Shown: positions 36,743 through 48,713 of the stretch, piece by piece
Layout of the letters: every line of letters starts with the position of its first letter
How positions within the stretch are numbered: the first letter of the stretch is position 1
Assembly (NCBI GenBank): GCA_963730605.1
Contig: CAVSSM010000009.1
Coordinates: forward strand, 128,001-192,000
Length of the DNA stretch: 64,000 nt
Reading direction: 5' to 3'
Source: an uncultured Chlamydiae bacterium
GTDB taxonomy: Bacteria; Chlamydiota; Chlamydiia; Chlamydiales; SM23-39
Notes under the pieces: generated by a model
What the model saw: only the letters and a program-made list of their open reading frames with translations
The model's database searches: none
Told to the model about the DNA's origin: nothing
Made by a program: the position numbers and the translations under genes

Positions 36743-38832
36743 GCTCGTTCTAACTTAGCGTATTTGGCAGCGAGCGTCCGGGTCGTTTCAGCTTCTGGGA
36801 AATAGACCTCGTAGGTCAATCCAAGCGACGTTTGAGCGGCCACTTGGACGATGCCAGCTCCAAATTGCTTGTGGTAGACCCGGTCGCCCGGGCTGAATTC
36901 TTCCGCTTCTTCCTCATATTGAGAAGGGGGAGAAAAGTTCTCTATGTACTCAGCGGGGATCTCTTTGAGGAAGCGGGAGAGGCGCATCAGCCTCGTTGCG
37001 CCCCACATAAAGCGATAGATGGAGGCGCAAAGATACAGATAGCGTTTGGCGCGGGTCATGCCGACATAGCAGAGGCGCCGCTCTTCCTCCAAGGCGGGAG
37101 CGTCCTCTTTGGCATTGATGTGGGGAAAGAGATCCTCTTCGAGGCCGACGAGAAAGACGAGGGTAAATTCCAATCCCTTGCTGTTGTGGAGTGTCATCAG
37201 CTTGACCGAAGGGAGGTGGGAATCTTGCCGGGTGGCCGAGCGAAGCGACAGCTCTTCAAGAAACTGGAGCAGGGTGGGCTCTTCGCGCTCCTCTTCCCAC
37301 TCGGCGGCTTTCCCGAGCAGCTCATCCAAGTTTTCTTTCCGGTCCTGGAACGTTTCGGGATCTTCTTGGATAAAGCTCATGTAACGGGTCACTTCGATCG
37401 CCTCAGCAAGAAGTTCATGGATTTTCAGGCCGGGCCGTCTATCTCTTAGATGGCGGATGGTCCGCACATAGTCTTTTAATCCTTCCCTTTGCTTTTGGCT
37501 GAGTTTGAGATCGGGGCAAAGCTCGGGATGGGAGAGGAGCTCTTCACAGAAAGGAAAGATCGAGCCCTGCTCGCTTGCGGCGGCTGCGATCTTCTCGATG
37601 GCGGAGGCCCCAAGGCCGCGGCGCGGGAGATTAACCGTGCGCAAGAAGGAAATCAGGTCGGTATCCGACACGACCATCCGCAGATAGGCCAAGAGGTCTT
37701 TGACTTCCCTCCGGTCATAAAAGGAGAGGCCGCCGATGATCGTGTAAGGGATTTGGCGCGAAAGGAGAATATCCTCGAAAATCCTCGACTGGGCATTGGT
37801 CCTGTAGAAAATGGCGACATCGTCATAGGTGATGGCATCATTTCGGGTGTGGCTGCGGATCCGCTCGGCGACAAATTCCGCTTCCTGCCGCTCGTTTTTG
37901 GCCATATTCATGCCGATTTTCGCGCCGGCTCCAAGCTGGCTCCAGAGTTTTTTGTCGTAGCGCTCGCCGTTATGCTGGATGAGGGCGTTCGCTGCGCTCA
38001 AGATGTTGTTCGTGCTCCGGTAGTTTTGATCGAGCGTAACGATTTGGGCTCCAGGAAAATCATTTTCGAAATTCAGGATGTTCCGATACCTCGCTCCTCG
38101 CCAGGAGTAGATCGATTGGTCAGGGTCTCCGACGGCAAAGATATTTCGGTGCTTTTCGACGAGGATCTTAGCAAGGGTATATTGGGCGAGGTTCGTATCC
38201 TGGTATTCGTCGATCAGGATGAACAGCCATCGATTCTGGTATTCTCTGCGCGCTTCAACGTCCCCCTCCAGCAATTTGACAGTCAGATAAAGAAGGTCGT
38301 CGAAATCGAGCGCGTTGCATTGTTTTAGTTTTTTTTGATAGCGCTCGTAAGCACTCTTTGTGAGGTTGTTTTGGATCTCTTCAGGGCCGATGAGGTCGTT
38401 CTTTGCGGCCGAAATCTCCCCCCGAATCTGCCTTAAGAGCCCCTTTTCTTTGGCAACGTTTAGCTCTTCCAAGCAGCTTTTCAAGAGTTTTTCGCTATCT
38501 TCTTCGTCGTAGATGGTAAAATCGGGATTAAATCCCAGGGAGCCGATCGATTCTCTCAAAATTCTCGCTCCCAAGCTATGGAAGGTGCAGGCGAGGACCT
38601 GGGCATTTTTCAGCGTCCGGATGCGGGTTTTCATCTCTTCGGCCGCTTTATTGGTGAAGGTGACAGCGAGGATATCGGAGGGGAGAATCCCCAAATCGAT
38701 CAAATGGGCGATCCGGTGCGTCACGACGCGGGTTTTCCCCGACCCGGCGCCTGCCAGCACCAGCAGCGGCCCCTCCACATGATGGACGGCTCGCTCTTGC
38801 TGCGGGTTGAGTTCGGACATCAGAATAGCCAT
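36739..38832 (-). CDS. uvrD: UvrD/PcrA DNA helicase
   Basis: LAGAGSGKT, DEYQDTN, VGDPDQSIYSWRGA, TLHNSKGLEF, EERRLCYVGMTRA. Confidence 0.95.
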   Translation of the reverse strand: MAILMSELNPQQERAVHHVEGPLLVLAGAGSGKTRVVTHRIAHLIDLGILPSDILAVTFTNKAAEEMKTRIRTLKNAQVLACTFHSLGARILRESIGSLGFNPDFTIYDEEDSEKLLKSCLEELNVAKEKGLLRQIRGEISAAKNDLIGPEEIQNNLTKSAYERYQKKLKQCNALDFDDLLYLTVKLLEGDVEARREYQNRWLFILIDEYQDTNLAQYTLAKILVEKHRNIFAVGDPDQSIYSWRGARYRNILNFENDFPGAQIVTLDQNYRSTNNILSAANALIQHNGERYDKKLWSQLGAGAKIGMNMAKNERQEAEFVAERIRSHTRNDAITYDDVAIFYRTNAQSRIFEDILLSRQIPYTIIGGLSFYDRREVKDLLAYLRMVVSDTDLISFLRTVNLPRRGLGASAIEKIAAAASEQGSIFPFCEELLSHPELCPDLKLSQKQREGLKDYVRTIRHLRDRRPGLKIHELLAEAIEVTRYMSFIQEDPETFQDRKENLDELLGKAAEWEEEREEPTLLQFLEELSLRSATRQDSHLPSVKLMTLHNSKGLEFTLVFLVGLEEDLFPHINAKEDAPALEEERRLCYVGMTRAKRYLYLCASIYRFMWGATRLMRLSRFLKEIPAEYIENFSPPSQYEEEAEEFSPGDRVYHKQFGAGIVQVAAQTSLGLTYEVYFPEAETTRTLAAKYAKLERA

Positions 38833-38869
38833 AAAGGGGCTATCTTACGTGATCGTTTGGAAGATGTGA

Positions 38870-38903
38870 AAGAAAAAGAAAAGGGCCAAGACATTGGCCC
38901 TTC
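38870..38903 (-). terminator. Intrinsic terminator downstream of 38988-39308
   Basis: AAGGGCCAA-GACA-TTGGCCCTT preceded by an A-tract on the + strand. Confidence 0.65.
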
Positions 38904-38987
38904 TGTGATTTAAATTAGACTAAAAACCCGAATTTTATGGTGTCTTTACAGAAAAGTATGCGACGCAATTCTGAAAATCCATAGAAT

Positions 38988-39308
38988 TCATGTGGGTTTT
39001 GGTGCGTCAGCCAATTTATCGACGGTGCCTGCATAGCTGGAGATAAAATTTTCTTTGCAAGTCGTAGCTGCGACGGTTGAGCTGCTTAAGCCTGGGATAT
39101 CATTCGGCGCTTTGCCAAAGATGTAACCACGGCCTAAGTAGGCGGCAGTTGCGAGGGCTGCAACCGTTATGACTCCAACAGCGACATTTCTCGTTCTGGT
39201 GCGAGAAGCTTCTTGGGATTTTTTTTGTTGTTCTAGAGCGGTATTACTGAGACCAGCATTTGACTGGGCAGAGCTGATACCGATTCTTCTTGGTGCAGTA
39301 ACTGGCAT
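38988..39308 (-). CDS. Small single-TM effector-like protein
   Basis: S/T/R-rich N-terminus and hydrophobic VAVGVITVAALATAAYLG; own RBS and terminator. Confidence 0.65.
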   Translation of the reverse strand: MPVTAPRRIGISSAQSNAGLSNTALEQQKKSQEASRTRTRNVAVGVITVAALATAAYLGRGYIFGKAPNDIPGLSSSTVAATTCKENFISSYAGTVDKLADAPKPT

Positions 39309-39450
39309 AACCTCATTCCTTTGTAAATACGTTTATGGTGTTCTTGTTTCGGCTCTAATTATACATCAAGGTGGTATTTATTGTGAACAGTGAATATGGA
39401 TTTATAAAAAATCACGATTAGATTAAAAATTTTAATTACAATTTGAGGAG

Positions 39451-39472
39451 AAAAAGGGGCCATAGAGGCCCC
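39451..39472 (-). terminator. Intrinsic terminator downstream of 39486-39821
   Basis: AAAAA-GGGGCC-ATAGA-GGCCCC. Confidence 0.6.
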
Positions 39473-39485
39473 GTTTAAAATTGAG

Positions 39486-39821
39486 TTATGGGGTTTTTTT
39501 GCCAAAGTATTCGGAAACGAAGCCAGTAACGATTCCAGGGACCCCCGTGACAAAGGTGTATCCCGTGGCCAAAGCAGCAGGATTCGCGCCAATATAATAG
39601 GCGGCGGCAATGCCTGCGAGGCCAAAAATTCCCGCAACGACTAGATTCGTTTTATTGCTGATCTCAAGGTCTTGGATTTTGTTCTGTTGCATACCGATCG
39701 CTTTCTTTAACATACCATTTTCTTTCTCCAGTTGATTCTGTTTGGAGATACCGGACCTTGCTGTCGACGCGGCACGCATTGCCTGTTGAGGAGACTCTCG
39801 TCTCGTTGAATTTATAGCCAT
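39486..39821 (-). CDS. Small Inc-like protein (coiled coil plus bilobed hydrophobic C-terminus)
   Basis: Coiled-coil-like LEKENGMLKKAIGMQQNKIQDLE followed by two hydrophobic stretches. Confidence 0.65.
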   Translation of the reverse strand: MAINSTRRESPQQAMRAASTARSGISKQNQLEKENGMLKKAIGMQQNKIQDLEISNKTNLVVAGIFGLAGIAAAYYIGANPAALATGYTFVTGVPGIVTGFVSEYFGKKTP

Positions 39822-39945
39822 ATATATTCCTTTGTAAATATAGTTAATTATGTTTTATTCACGCTCATAATTATAAAATAAATTGATTTTTTTATAAACA
39901 ATAAAATGCATAAGAGGATTAAAATTATTAAATTAAAAATTTTAA

Positions 39946-42900
39946 TTACATGATGGGTTTGCGGAGTTCGCCTTCCCGCATGCCGAGGTTGCCATATCTG
40001 TGGTAATCGATGCTGATGGCGACCTCGCGGAGGAAGTGGAGGAGTTCGAGCCGGCCGTTTGCAAGGATGGGCGCGTCGATGACGTGTATCCCAGATTGGG
40101 TTGCGGCGGTGCGAAGGGCGGGGGAGGCGTGTTCGAGGACCCGGACTCGCTGCATTTTCCCTTGGGTTACGCGGGATAAGAATGTCCCTTCGGTCTCCTC
40201 GATCACCCGCAATACCGGGACAAGCTCAAGCCAATTCAAAGCGGCCGCTTTAGTCTCGTTATAGGACCAGCTGATTTCCATTTGGGCCCCGCAAGTGAGG
40301 GCGGCTGCAGAGATCCTAAGGGCATCCAGTGGGTTGGAATGGGGCTCGATCCGCAGGACAATCCCTTTGCGGGGAATATAGCGGAAAAAGTTGTCTTCCC
40401 CCACGATTTTAGTGGGATCGCGGTCTTGGCGCATCCGTTTCCACCAGTAAGCGTAGTTGGAGACGCTGCCCGTCCAAAGGCCGAGCTGTTCTGCGGACAG
40501 GTCGAGCTTTTCGAGAAAAGAGGTGAGATTGTTGACCCATTCATTCACGGGGCACTTTTCTTGAGGAAGGCCGAATTGGGTCGCTTTCATGAATTCGCGC
40601 AAATAATTCGGGCCGCCCGCTTTCGAGCCGTTGCCGAAACTTGAGGCTTTCGTTCCGCCGAAAGGTTGGCGGCGCACGATAGCCCCGGTGATTGTCCTGT
40701 TGATGTACAGGTTGCCGGCTTCGATTTCTTCCAGCCAGACAGCTTGTTCTCTTTCGTCTAGGCTTTGCAGCCCTGAAGTCAGTCCGAAAGGCACCGCATT
40801 AGCGAGCTCGATCGCGTGCCGAAGGTCCTGAGCGCGCAAGACGGCAAGGACTGGGCCGAAAAGCTCGGTCATGTGAGTAAAGTTGCCGGGGCGGACGTTC
40901 CATTTGATGCCTGGGCTCCAAAGGCACGGGTTGCTCGGGTCTTGTTTCGGTTCGAGGAGCCATTCTTCCCCAGGCTCAAGGAGGGTCAGTCCTCGCTTCA
41001 AGACGCCGCGGGGCTCATGGATGAGCGGGTTCATTTTGGTCGCGGGATCCCAAGGAAGGCCTACTTTTAAGCTTGCGGCCGCCTCTCGCAGCGTCTTGCG
41101 AAATTGGGGATCGTCATAGACTTCCGCTTCCAAGATAGCGAGAGATGCAGCGGAACATTTTTGCCCAGCGTGCCCAAAGGCCGATTGAACGAGGTCCTTG
41201 ATCGCGAGATCCCGGTCTGCAAGGGCTGTTACGATCATCGCGTTTTTTCCGCCGGTTTCTGCGGCGAGGTCCAGTTCGGGGCGGAGTTTGAGAAAGTTCC
41301 GAGCGGTTTCTGTGCCGCCGGTCAAGATCACGCAATTAACGCGCGGGTCTTTGATGAGCTCGCTTCCCGCTTCCTCGCCAGAGCAGGGGACAAACTGGAG
41401 AATTTCTTTCGGAACGCCGGCATCCCAGATCGCATTGACGAGGTGCCAGCCGATGAGTACGGTGTCGGATGCGGGTTTGAAGAGGACGCAGTTTCCCGTG
41501 ATCAAAGCGGCAAGGATTCCGCCCGCCGGGATCGAGCAAGGAAAGTTCCACGGCGATGCGACGAAAATCGTTCCTTTCGGCTCCCATCGGATGTCTCTCA
41601 TGGCGGCCATCTTCGCCATTTGCCTACGGTAATATTCGGCAAAATCGATGGCTTCGGAGACTTCTGGATCAGATTCAGGGATCGTCTTGCCCCCTTCAAG
41701 CATCATCGCCCCGATCAGCTGGCCGCGCCGCTCGCGCATGATTTGCGCGGCTCTTGCAAGAAAATGGCTTCGGTGCTCCACGGTTGTCTTCGCCCATTCC
41801 TTTTCGTGCTTTTTCGCGCATTCCAGGGCGGCATCGATATGTTGTTTGTTTGCTTTTGCATAGCGGAAAAGCGTTTTTCCTGGATGCGATGGGCTATGGC
41901 CAACACCATCCGTATTCTCGAACAGCAGTTTCCCTCCGATCGCAATCGGAAGCGGCTCGATTTCCCGCTTTTCCCAGCTCATGGATAGCTCTTCGGCCCA
42001 TCTCCGGTTCTGAGGCAAGGAGAAATCGGTGTCGGGTTCGTTTTCGAACGGAGCCGCGAAATCGACTTTGGTAGGCGAAATCAACCGATTTTGCGTGCGG
42101 CGGGGCGCGGACGGAGTCGACTCAATTTCATCGCAGCTTTGAGAAAAAAGGGAAGTTTGACTCTCCCAAATGTCCGTACCGGCTTTGAGACCGAAGGCGT
42201 GGCGGAGAAAGTTCTCAGGCCCAGTATTTTCATCGAGACGGCGAATGAGGTAAGCGATGGCGTGCTGGAATTCGGCTTTTGTCGCGACGGGGCAATAGAG
42301 GAGCATGTCTCCCGTTAATTTTTGAACGACGCGGCGGATATGGTCGGCCATCCCTTCGAGCATCTCGAAGCCGACATAAGGTTCCACCTCGTTTTCAAGT
42401 CTGAGAAGAATTGCAAACGCAATATCGAAAAGATTATGGCTCGCGACTCCCAGGCGCACGGCGCGGGCGTTTTCCCGGATGCAGCCGTAGATCACCATCC
42501 GCTTGTAGTTGGCATCGACTTCGAGTTTTGTCGTATAGGGAGCTTGTGGCCAGCCCTTGAGCGAGGCCTCGAACTGCTCCATGGCGAGATTCGCCCCTTT
42601 GACGATCCGGATTTTGATCGGGGCTCCGCCGCTTGCGACCCGTTTTTTGGCCCACTCGGTGAGTTCTTTTTGGATATTGTGAGAATCGGGCAAATAGGCT
42701 TGCAGGACAATCCCGGCGGCAAAGTCGGAAAATTCAGGCTCGTTCAGAACTTGTTGGAAGGCGGCGACCGTCAAATGGAGATCTCTGTATTCTTCCATGT
42801 CGAGGTTGATGAATTTCGCTTTGGAGGTGCCGTCGGAGCGGGGGACGGGATATTTGATCGCAGTGCGGTAGAGATCTTTTAGCCGAGCGGCGATTTTGTC

Positions 42901-43548
42901 GACCGTCCCTTCGAAATCGATCAAGTTGATTTGACTGAAGATCGTCGAAATCTTGACCGAGATGTAATCGATCCCCGGATTTTTCAAGTCTTCCAAATAT
43001 AACTGCATCCGGTGTTTTGCTTCCGATTCGCTCAAAATCGCTTCGCCGAGATGGTTCAAATTGAGCTGGACGTCCTGCTTTTTCCGTTCGGCCAAGTGTT
43101 TGTTTAAGAGGGCGTTTTCTCCAGGCAAGATAACCCGCGAGGTCTCATTTCTCAGCGTATGGGTAGCAACCGGCACGAGGAACTGAGCGACCGCGGGACC
43201 CAAGGTTTTGAATACATGGAGCTCTAGGCGCTTGACCCAATCGAGATACTGGGGAACCCCGATCTGGTTCAATAGATAGATCATCTGGTCGGCTACGCGC
43301 AGATTCGTATGGCTGCGAAAACATTGGTCAGTCATCGCCATCGTAAAGGCTTTGCCCGCCGGATCGCGCATGAGTCTCGAGAGTTGCTCCTGGATCTCCC
43401 TTTCCTTCGATGTCATCGTTCGGGAAGCTTCCTGCAGCATGAGTTCAGCAAGCTCAATGGCCATTTTCTTTCGTTCGGCAAGGTGCAAGGGACGGCCCTT
43501 GACGCGATCGAGCAGTTCACTGGCTTCTTCGAGAAATGAGGAGGTCAT
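39946..43548 (-). CDS. putA: Bifunctional proline dehydrogenase / P5C dehydrogenase
   Basis: LDMEEY, RIVKGAN, SHNLFD, LIRRLDEN (PRODH); SPWNFP, AETGGKN, AGQKCSA, ELFGPV (P5CDH). Confidence 0.95.
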   Translation of the reverse strand: MTSSFLEEASELLDRVKGRPLHLAERKKMAIELAELMLQEASRTMTSKEREIQEQLSRLMRDPAGKAFTMAMTDQCFRSHTNLRVADQMIYLLNQIGVPQYLDWVKRLELHVFKTLGPAVAQFLVPVATHTLRNETSRVILPGENALLNKHLAERKKQDVQLNLNHLGEAILSESEAKHRMQLYLEDLKNPGIDYISVKISTIFSQINLIDFEGTVDKIAARLKDLYRTAIKYPVPRSDGTSKAKFINLDMEEYRDLHLTVAAFQQVLNEPEFSDFAAGIVLQAYLPDSHNIQKELTEWAKKRVASGGAPIKIRIVKGANLAMEQFEASLKGWPQAPYTTKLEVDANYKRMVIYGCIRENARAVRLGVASHNLFDIAFAILLRLENEVEPYVGFEMLEGMADHIRRVVQKLTGDMLLYCPVATKAEFQHAIAYLIRRLDENTGPENFLRHAFGLKAGTDIWESQTSLFSQSCDEIESTPSAPRRTQNRLISPTKVDFAAPFENEPDTDFSLPQNRRWAEELSMSWEKREIEPLPIAIGGKLLFENTDGVGHSPSHPGKTLFRYAKANKQHIDAALECAKKHEKEWAKTTVEHRSHFLARAAQIMRERRGQLIGAMMLEGGKTIPESDPEVSEAIDFAEYYRRQMAKMAAMRDIRWEPKGTIFVASPWNFPCSIPAGGILAALITGNCVLFKPASDTVLIGWHLVNAIWDAGVPKEILQFVPCSGEEAGSELIKDPRVNCVILTGGTETARNFLKLRPELDLAAETGGKNAMIVTALADRDLAIKDLVQSAFGHAGQKCSAASLAILEAEVYDDPQFRKTLREAAASLKVGLPWDPATKMNPLIHEPRGVLKRGLTLLEPGEEWLLEPKQDPSNPCLWSPGIKWNVRPGNFTHMTELFGPVLAVLRAQDLRHAIELANAVPFGLTSGLQSLDEREQAVWLEEIEAGNLYINRTITGAIVRRQPFGGTKASSFGNGSKAGGPNYLREFMKATQFGLPQEKCPVNEWVNNLTSFLEKLDLSAEQLGLWTGSVSNYAYWWKRMRQDRDPTKIVGEDNFFRYIPRKGIVLRIEPHSNPLDALRISAAALTCGAQMEISWSYNETKAAALNWLELVPVLRVIEETEGTFLSRVTQGKMQRVRVLEHASPALRTAATQSGIHVIDAPILANGRLELLHFLREVAISIDYHRYGNLGMREGELRKPIM

Positions 43549-43614
43549 GAGGGTAAACTCTTACAAAGATACCTATAGCATAGGGAAGTAATTCTTTGAT
43601 ATGATAGAAACTCT

Positions 43615-44826
43615 ATGGCGATGCGAGTTTTCATTATTTTCATTTTTTCCACCTCCCTTTTTGCAAAAGTCTCTCTGGGCGTTGACATTTTTTTTGAGGA
43701 GGGCGCCCAGCAGCTGAAGGGGAAAAAGGTCGGCTTGATTGTCAACCAGACCAGCATCGATTCTAAAATGCGCTCGACACTGTCCCGTTTTCAAGAGGCC
43801 GGGATTCAGGTTGCCGCCCTATTTTCTCCGGAACATGGCTTAAAGGGGCACCAGTACGCCGCGGAAAAAGTCTCCCATGGCAAAGAGGCCGAGATCCCGG
43901 TGTACAGTCTGCACGGCGAGCACAGGAGGCCGAGCCAAGAGATGTTGGTTGGCCTGGACGCAATCGTTTACGATATCCAATGCACAGGGGTGAGGGCTTA
44001 TACCTACCAGACGACGCTCTATTATGCGATGGAGGAAGCGGCCAAGGCGGGGATCTTGAGTGTAGTCCTCGACCGCCCCAACCCGATCAACGGCCTGGTC
44101 GTCGACGGGCCGATGCTGAGCGTTGAGAGGCGCTCATTTATAGGCTACATCAACGTCCCTTATTGCCCTGGGATGACGATTGGGGAGCTGGCCAAATTTT
44201 TTAATGCCGAATACAAGGTCGGATGCAAGCTCCTCGTCATTCCGATGAAAGGCTGGAAGCGGTCGATGAGCTACCGCGACACGGGGCTGGCATGGATTCC
44301 GCCAAGCCCGAACGTGCCGGAGCCCGACACCCCACTTTTTTACCCGGTGACCGGGCTACTCGGAGAGCTGGAGCTCGTGAGCATCGGAATCGGGTATACC
44401 TTGCCTTTCAAAATCGTCGGAGCCCCTTGGATCAAGGCTCATGACTTTGCCGCGGCGCTCAATAGCCAAAAGCTGCCGGGCGTCCGCTTCCAGCCCTACC
44501 ACTTCCGCCCTTTTTACGGGCATTTCAAAGGGCTTGATTGCGAGGGAGTTTTGATCCAAATCACCGACGAAAAGATTTTCCGGCCGCTTTCGATTCAATA
44601 CTTGATGATCGGCCTTCTTAAGAGCCTTTATCCCGCCGAATTCAACAAGCGGATGGGTGAGATCGGAGCGAGCCGCAAAGAGCTTTTCTGCAAAGCGAAC
44701 GGGACCGACGCTGTTTATGAAATTATCCAACAGGAAAAATACCCCGCGTGGAAGCTCATCGACTTCCAAAAAGCAGAAAGGGAAGCTTTTCTCGAGAAGA
44801 GGAAGCTTTTCCTTTTGTATGATTAA
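43615..44826 (+). CDS. Exo-beta-N-acetylmuramidase NamZ (DUF1343/YbbC) family
   Basis: GLIVNQTS, FSPEHG, YDIQ..GVRAYTY, VLDRPNP, GMTIGELA, W.PPSPN. Confidence 0.88.
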   Translation: MAMRVFIIFIFSTSLFAKVSLGVDIFFEEGAQQLKGKKVGLIVNQTSIDSKMRSTLSRFQEAGIQVAALFSPEHGLKGHQYAAEKVSHGKEAEIPVYSLHGEHRRPSQEMLVGLDAIVYDIQCTGVRAYTYQTTLYYAMEEAAKAGILSVVLDRPNPINGLVVDGPMLSVERRSFIGYINVPYCPGMTIGELAKFFNAEYKVGCKLLVIPMKGWKRSMSYRDTGLAWIPPSPNVPEPDTPLFYPVTGLLGELELVSIGIGYTLPFKIVGAPWIKAHDFAAALNSQKLPGVRFQPYHFRPFYGHFKGLDCEGVLIQITDEKIFRPLSIQYLMIGLLKSLYPAEFNKRMGEIGASRKELFCKANGTDAVYEIIQQEKYPAWKLIDFQKAEREAFLEKRKLFLLYD

Positions 44827-44827
44827 C

Positions 44828-44854
44828 TTAGCGCTTTGGCGGATCGGGTGCTAA
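44828..44854 (+). promoter_or_regulatory. CIRCE operator (HrcA site)
   Basis: TTAGCGCTT-N9-GGGTGCTAA versus consensus TTAGCACTC-N9-GAGTGCTAA, upstream of groES. Confidence 0.85.
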
Positions 44855-44857
44855 AAA

Positions 44858-44887
44858 TTGACAGAAAATGGTGATATTTCCTATGAT
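44858..44887 (+). promoter_or_regulatory. Primary-sigma promoter of groESL
   Basis: TTGACA-18 bp-TATGAT directly after CIRCE. Confidence 0.7.
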
Positions 44888-44914
44888 TGCCCAAAAAATC
44901 AACGGAGGCATTGT

Positions 44915-45211
44915 ATGTCTGCAAAGAAAAAAATTAATCCGATGGGCAATAGAGTCTTGGTTCAAAGAGAAGATGCGAAACAAGCTAAGGGAGGAATTCT
45001 CCTTCCTGAAAGCGCTCAGAAAAAACCCCGCGAAGGAAAAGTCATCGCCGTAGGGCCCGGCAAAATAGACGACAAAGGAAAGCTCCAGCGGATGGATATC
45101 AAAGTCGGCGACAAGATCTTATTCTCCTCTTATGGGGGCACTGAGTATAAAGTGGATGAGATGGAGTATCTGATCCTCTCGGAAGAAGATGTTTTGGCTG
45201 TATACAATTAA
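44915..45211 (+). CDS. groES: Co-chaperonin GroES
   Basis: PMGNRVLV, GGILLPESAQKKP.EG.V.AVGPG; GGAGG RBS. Confidence 0.95.
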   Translation: MSAKKKINPMGNRVLVQREDAKQAKGGILLPESAQKKPREGKVIAVGPGKIDDKGKLQRMDIKVGDKILFSSYGGTEYKVDEMEYLILSEEDVLAVYN

Positions 45212-46912
<1,701 letters not shown>

Positions 46913-46913
<1 letters not shown>

Positions 46914-47143
46914 TGCCGACTTACGCTTACAAATGCGCCTCTTGCAGCCATGAGCTGGAGGCGTTTCAAAATATCACGGATGCGCCCCTTGCCGACTGCC
47001 CGAGCTGTGGAGGACAAGCCCTGCAACGGGGCGTCGGCGGCGGCCAACTCTTGCTCCGCTCTTCAAGCAGAAATTCAGAGCGGCAAGCCGCCTCTTCTTC
47101 CGCTGCCCTTGCGGCAAACACGAAATGTTCTCTTAGAAAATAG
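46913..47143 (+). CDS. FmdB-family zinc-ribbon protein (C-terminus possibly frameshifted)
   Basis: MPTYAYKC..C.H..E.FQ.ITD.PL..CPSCG. Confidence 0.75.
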
Positions 47144-47822
47144 ACAGGCAATCTCTTAAGGCATGGATCACAATGTCGGGCTGCCAGTCCGATGGGTTGG
47201 GAAGTTTGTGGGGATTGTACCAACAAAAGGGCATATTAACGTTTTTAGCGCCCTGGCCGTCGCTTGTCAGGGAGTCGCCAATCATGAGCGTGCGAGAGGG
47301 ATGGGATTTGATGAGGTCGAGAGCCGTTTGAAAGATTTTTGGATGGGGCTTGGCCACGCCGCACTCTTCCGATACGACCATGATTTGGGAGTAGCGGGAA
47401 AGACCCAGCTTTTTTTGCTTATCGCGCTGCAGATGGGTAAATCCATTCGTGATGAAGGCTACGGGGACCTTGCGGGTTTTCAAAGTGTCTAAGAGCTCCT
47501 CGGCGCCTTCATTCCAATGGGAGTTTAAAATGAGTTGCCCCTCATAATATTGGACGATCTCAGGCAGAAAGGGGATCTGATAAAGATCGGCAAGCTGTAG
47601 AAAACGGAGATCTGCGATCGCGGACGTAGGGATTTTTCCTTCCTCAGCGAGATTCCATAGGGCTCGGTTGATCGACGCATAATGAACGTAAAAGGCGTCC
47701 CACGAGACGAGATGGTGGAAATACTTTGCGTAGCATTTGCGGAGCGAGATCCCTTCGCTTCTTTTGAAGTCGATCAACGTATCGTCCAAATCGAATAAGA
47801 CTGCCTCGTAGTTTTTTTGCAT
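47133..47822 (-). CDS. YjjG-like HAD-superfamily nucleotidase
   Basis: LFDLDDTL, ITNGF, KPHP.IF, IGDSLTSD. Confidence 0.85.
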   Translation of the reverse strand: MQKNYEAVLFDLDDTLIDFKRSEGISLRKCYAKYFHHLVSWDAFYVHYASINRALWNLAEEGKIPTSAIADLRFLQLADLYQIPFLPEIVQYYEGQLILNSHWNEGAEELLDTLKTRKVPVAFITNGFTHLQRDKQKKLGLSRYSQIMVVSEECGVAKPHPKIFQTALDLIKSHPSRTLMIGDSLTSDGQGAKNVNMPFCWYNPHKLPNPSDWQPDIVIHALRDCLSIF

Positions 47823-48662
47823 CTAATCGATTTCGTAGGGAGGAGCAGAGAGCCGTTTGCCGTTGAGGGCATTCCAGTAGCTCGTCATCTGCGTCCCATC
47901 GGGATTTTGGACGACGATGCTGTAGACGGGTAAGAATATTTCCGTTGTTTTACGGATGGCAAAGTCATTGCCGAAAGCGGCTTGAGAAATCGCCTCAATT
48001 TGAGAAGAGCGATACCGTTTCTTGACCCGGATCGCTTTTTTCGTCGGTTTGGTGACGAGCCAATGCTCGAGCTTGGTCTCAGGAATCACCATGAGCCGTG
48101 GGTTTTGCAGGTGAAGGCGGTACGTGTTGCCCGCTTGTACAATCAAACTCTTTTTGCGGCAGCTATCGATCCAAGAATCGAGGATGTGGTTCTCGATATT
48201 CAAAAACTTGGAAAGGCCGTCGCGGTCCCAAGAGCCGCCGCGAGAGGCGAGAGCGTTCATGATTTTGAACTCTTGGCGGCTGGCGTTCGCGGCGATGCAG
48301 TCCGTAAAGCCGTGAGTTCTTTCCCATGTGCTGGTATTCACGACCATTTCCCCGTCGACAAGGCCCCAGAGAATGATCCCCTCTCCGGTTTTTTCGTGAG
48401 AGCGGGTGTATTTCACATCCAAGAGAAGGTAGGGAACGAATTTGAGCGTAGGCTCGAGGAAAACATGGGAATTATCCGACAACAGCTCCATACGGTGAGC
48501 TTCCATGATGCTCTCCGCGGAGTAGCGGACCTCTAAGGTCTGAAACGTATCCCCGGCAAAAAAATCCTCGACTTTCGTACTGACGCTCGGGAAAAAATTC
48601 CAAGCGCAATAGCCGGTGAGTCCAAGAACGGATAATAAAAAGAGAAGCCCGACACGTTGCAT
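47823..48662 (-). CDS. Conserved chlamydial hypothetical protein downstream of rho
   Basis: Clean 279-aa ORF with an N-terminal anchor, in the rho operon. Confidence 0.75.
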   Translation of the reverse strand: MQRVGLLFLLSVLGLTGYCAWNFFPSVSTKVEDFFAGDTFQTLEVRYSAESIMEAHRMELLSDNSHVFLEPTLKFVPYLLLDVKYTRSHEKTGEGIILWGLVDGEMVVNTSTWERTHGFTDCIAANASRQEFKIMNALASRGGSWDRDGLSKFLNIENHILDSWIDSCRKKSLIVQAGNTYRLHLQNPRLMVIPETKLEHWLVTKPTKKAIRVKKRYRSSQIEAISQAAFGNDFAIRKTTEIFLPVYSIVVQNPDGTQMTSYWNALNGKRLSAPPYEID

Positions 48663-48713
48663 ACACGCATCCCTCTACCTCCTTTTACCCAAAACCCACT
48701 TTTGGCGCAAACT

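Noticed and set aside
36832..42882. Long antisense ORFs opposite uvrD and putA (also opposite gltX, tsp and polA)
   Set aside because: Shadow ORFs of well-supported genes, with no motifs of their own
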